From Clostridia bacterium (GTDB taxonomy: Bacteria > Bacillota > Clostridia > Oscillospirales > CAG-272): a stretch of DNA of 64,000 nucleotides. How positions within the stretch are numbered: position 1 is the first letter of the stretch; each line of letters begins with the position of its first letter. Under the pieces are notes generated by a model, which saw nothing but the letters and a program-made list of their open reading frames with translations, did no database searches and was not told the DNA's origin. Positions 61,352-64,000 of the stretch are shown piece after piece. The translations under genes were made by a program, and so were the position numbers. The stretch covers positions 24,262 through 88,261 of the forward strand of contig JAFTQV010000061.1 in the NCBI GenBank assembly GCA_017462605.1, read 5' to 3'.

Positions 61352-62647
61352 ATGATTGAAAGAAAGCATTATTTGGACCAACTCATAGCAAAGAAAGAAA
61401 ACGGACTCATCAAGGTAATAACCGGCATCAGAAGGTGCGGAAAATCTTATCTCTTATTTAATATTTATCACGAATATCTTAACTCGATAGGAATAGATGA
61501 CGGTCATATCATCGAGCTTTCGCTTGATGACATCGAAAATATCAGATACAGAAATCCGATCGAGCTTGGAAAATACATCCGCAGTCTGCTTATCGACGAA
61601 GATAAGACCTATTATATCTTTCTCGATGAGATACAGAAGGTAAAAACCGTCAAAAATCCTTATCTCGATGACGATAGCGAGACCGTCAGCTTCGTTGACG
61701 TCCTGCTTGGACTTATGAAAAAAAAGAACGCCGACGTTTACGTGACAGGCTCAAATTCAAAAATGCTTTCTTCGGATATCCTTACGGAATTCCGCGGAAG
61801 AGGCGACGAGATACGTCTACACCCCCTTTCCTATTCTGAGTTTTACGAAGCATATAAGGGGGACCCACGCGATGCTTGGCAGGAATACTATACCTACGGC
61901 GGAATGCCGTACGTTTCTCTTCTTCAGGATCACAATTCGAAAGCTCGGTATCTGACAGGACTTTTTGAAAACATTTATCTCTCGGATATCCTCGAGCGGC
62001 ACTCGATACGAAGCAAGGCTGCTCTTGACGAGCTGCTGAACGTTATATCCTCAGCGATAGGCTCACTTACTAATCCTCAAAAAATATCCGATACCTTTAA
62101 AAGCATATCGGGAACAGAAATCAGCTCGGACACAGTCGCAAGGTACCTTGATTACTTTACCGATGCCTTCATGCTGTACCGCGCGGCGCGATTCGATATC
62201 AAAGGCAGAAGGTATATCGGGTCACCGTATAAGTATTATTTCAGCGATATCGGTCTTCGTAATGCTCGCTTAAACTTCCGTCAGACCGAGGAAAATCATA
62301 TAATGGAAAACATTATTTATAACGAGCTTATACTCCGCGGCTTTTCGGTAGACGTCGGTATTGTCGAATACAATTATAAGGACTCCGAGGGAAGAAGCAA
62401 AAAGAGTAATTTAGAGGTTGATTTCGTTATAACAGATGGCAGCCGAAAATATTATATTCAATCGGCTCTCACCGTTGCGGACGAAGCAAAAAGGCAGCAG
62501 GAAATCCGTCCGTATTCAAAAATTTCCGACTCCTTCAAAAAAATAGTTATAGTTAAGGACAATATTATTCCTTGGTATGATGAGAGCGGAATAATGTATA
62601 TAGGTATCGAAAAATTCTTATTGGACAGATCGGTATTAGGTGTATAA
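61352..62647 (+). CDS. AAA-family ATPase with DUF4143-type C-terminal domain
   Basis: I prefer the ATG at 61352 (RBS AAAGGAG). Walker A GIRRCGKSYLL and Walker B YYIFLDEIQ. The layout is typical of AAA_14 plus DUF4143 proteins. Confidence 0.75.
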   Translation: MIERKHYLDQLIAKKENGLIKVITGIRRCGKSYLLFNIYHEYLNSIGIDDGHIIELSLDDIENIRYRNPIELGKYIRSLLIDEDKTYYIFLDEIQKVKTVKNPYLDDDSETVSFVDVLLGLMKKKNADVYVTGSNSKMLSSDILTEFRGRGDEIRLHPLSYSEFYEAYKGDPRDAWQEYYTYGGMPYVSLLQDHNSKARYLTGLFENIYLSDILERHSIRSKAALDELLNVISSAIGSLTNPQKISDTFKSISGTEISSDTVARYLDYFTDAFMLYRAARFDIKGRRYIGSPYKYYFSDIGLRNARLNFRQTEENHIMENIIYNELILRGFSVDVGIVEYNYKDSEGRSKKSNLEVDFVITDGSRKYYIQSALTVADEAKRQQEIRPYSKISDSFKKIVIVKDNIIPWYDESGIMYIGIEKFLLDRSVLGV

Positions 62648-62653
62648 AATCAG

Positions 62654-62700
62654 GGGATATGCCAACAAACGTTGACATATCCCTTGCTTTATTTAAAACG
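62654..62700. terminator. Bidirectional terminator between convergent genes
   Basis: GGGATATG (62654-61) pairs with CATATCCC (62676-83), followed by TTGCTTTATTT. Confidence 0.5.
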
Positions 62701-62743
62701 ATTTTATTTTCCGACTTTGATTTATTTGCGCATCAACGACCGA

Positions 62744-64000
62744 TCATTCGGTCACAACAAGAACATCCGCATCGCAAAGGGGCAGAACGTTGCCCTTTAT
62801 TTTTTTGCCGTTGACCGAGATATACTTGATGTTCGCGCCGCCGTTCTTATACCTGATATTGTACTTAAATCCGCGGAAGGTCTTTTCGATAGAAGCCGTC
62901 TTCCAGGATAAGGGCAAGCAGGGATCTACTCTGAGTCCATCCATCTCGGGCATAAGACCGAAAACGTAATTGACGAGAGCCTTCATAAACCACTGACCCG
63001 CAGCAGTTCTCCAGCTCTGACCGGGCGTGCCGTAGCGGTAGCCCGTCTCCTTTCCGAAATAGGAGTTGCACATAATGTAAGGCTCTGCCCTGCCTGCGAC
63101 CACCTTATTACGGAAGGGAAGGATCGCCTCGATATCGGCTTCGACTCTGTCCTGCCTCTTCATCATGGCGTCCGCCGCCGTCTTCCAGGCTATGGTATGG
63201 AGATAAACGCCGCCGTTCTCGTGAATACCGGGATGCTTGACGGTGACCGAGCCTACATTGCCATCCCACTTAGTATAGGCGGGAGAAGAAATGACCGTAC
63301 CGAGCGGATCGGAGAGGTACTTCTCTGCAGCATCCATAGCGATCTTTTCTCTTTCGGGCGAGACTCCCGAGAAGACTGCCCAGATCTGAGGGATAAGGAA
63401 CATCTTACCCTCTATGCATTCCTTCGAGCCTATCTTAACGCCCTTGTCGCTTATGGCGTCGATATAATATTCACCGTCCCAGCCGAACTCCTCGACCCTC
63501 TTTCTCATGACCTCGCCGCGCTCACGCGCCATTTTTGTGTCGTCCGCCTTGCCCGAGAGCTCGGCAAGCTCGGCGAAGAACTTATTTGCTCGGAGCCACG
63601 CGATAGAAAGCCAGATACTGACGCCCTTGCCTTCGAGACCTGCGGTGTTCATGCAATCGTTCCAGTCGCCGCCCCATATTTTTATAAGTCCGTGATGACC
63701 CGTGAAATTATAGAGAAACTCGGTTGAGCGGTAAAGATGCTCGTATACCGTTCCCACCGTTCCGTCATTGTAAGGAACCTCGATATCGAGGATATCAAGT
63801 CTGCCAAGCTCCTTGATTATCGAATACGCCGTCATAGTGAGCCAGACGGTATTATCCGAAAAGTTCTTAGGCTGTATCTTACCGTCTATAAAGGTTCTCG
63901 GAGCATAGCCGTCCGAGTTCTGATATGTAAGGATGCGCAAAAACCTCTCGAGCGCAAGCTCGGGATTGATAGCCGCAAGGCAATCGGTGTCGCTCGTCAG
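62744..64000 (-). CDS. GH94-family glycoside phosphorylase (cellobiose/chitobiose phosphorylase-like), C-terminal part; 5' end outside the window
   Basis: The frame stays open upstream of the listed Met to base 64000 (...LTSDTDCLAAINPELALERFLRILTYQ). The block IWGGDWNDCMN matches the catalytic DWND region of GH94. The rest is an (alpha/alpha)6-barrel-like sequence. Confidence 0.65.
   Translation of the reverse strand: MTSDTDCLAAINPELALERFLRILTYQNSDGYAPRTFIDGKIQPKNFSDNTVWLTMTAYSIIKELGRLDILDIEVPYNDGTVGTVYEHLYRSTEFLYNFTGHHGLIKIWGGDWNDCMNTAGLEGKGVSIWLSIAWLRANKFFAELAELSGKADDTKMARERGEVMRKRVEEFGWDGEYYIDAISDKGVKIGSKECIEGKMFLIPQIWAVFSGVSPEREKIAMDAAEKYLSDPLGTVISSPAYTKWDGNVGSVTVKHPGIHENGGVYLHTIAWKTAADAMMKRQDRVEADIEAILPFRNKVVAGRAEPYIMCNSYFGKETGYRYGTPGQSWRTAAGQWFMKALVNYVFGLMPEMDGLRVDPCLPLSWKTASIEKTFRGFKYNIRYKNGGANIKYISVNGKKIKGNVLPLCDADVLVVTE

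Overview
This 64-kb chromosomal window looks like a gut Clostridia-type Firmicute. That is an inference from lipoprotein-dependent ABC sugar uptake, GGAGG-type RBSs, and BspA-type LRR and Listeria-Bacteroides-repeat surface proteins. It holds about 45 protein genes, most on the minus strand. I found no rRNA, tRNA, CRISPR array, transposase or integrase. (i) 1-21.7 kb is a fructan (inulin/levan) utilisation locus: two large GH32 lipoproteins, a CUT1 ABC importer (binding protein, two permeases, an MsmX/MalK-type ATPase with an unusual insertion), a LacI regulator, a PfkB fructokinase, and three secreted proteins built from tandem NGxFE..GW beta-sandwich repeats. Two of those three are tandem paralogues, and one is broken by a single in-frame TAA. 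The operon promoter is bracketed by two TTGGAAA-NN-TTTCCAA palindromes. (ii) 22-36 kb carries a methyltransferase, RtcB behind two WYL-type regulators, a TSUP/polyprenol-kinase-like fusion, a flavodoxin-fold protein, gpsA, a CE4-like lipoprotein, a 1050-aa secreted protein and a TIM-barrel isomerase. (iii) 37-56.7 kb is the accessory part and the most interesting. It contains two paralogous proteins with a Toll-like-receptor-like layout: N-terminal zinc ribbon plus TIR, apparently cytoplasmic, then one TM helix, then BspA-LRR repeats apparently extracellular. The smaller one sits behind a structured leader RNA with an intrinsic terminator, in an A/T-rich segment next to an AbiEi/AbiEii pair. 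The 2046-aa one is the last gene of a tight operon with an SPFH/zinc-ribbon protein and a zinc-ribbon/trypsin-like protease. malQ and a 1780-aa zinc-ribbon-anchored repeat protein with a divergent XRE regulator follow. (iv) 56.8-64 kb carries a membrane protein, an AraC regulator, a Gfo/Idh/MocA oxidoreductase, an ArsB/NhaD-type permease, an AAA/DUF4143 ATPase and a partial GH94 phosphorylase. All family calls come from motifs I recognise by eye in the translations; no database search was run.
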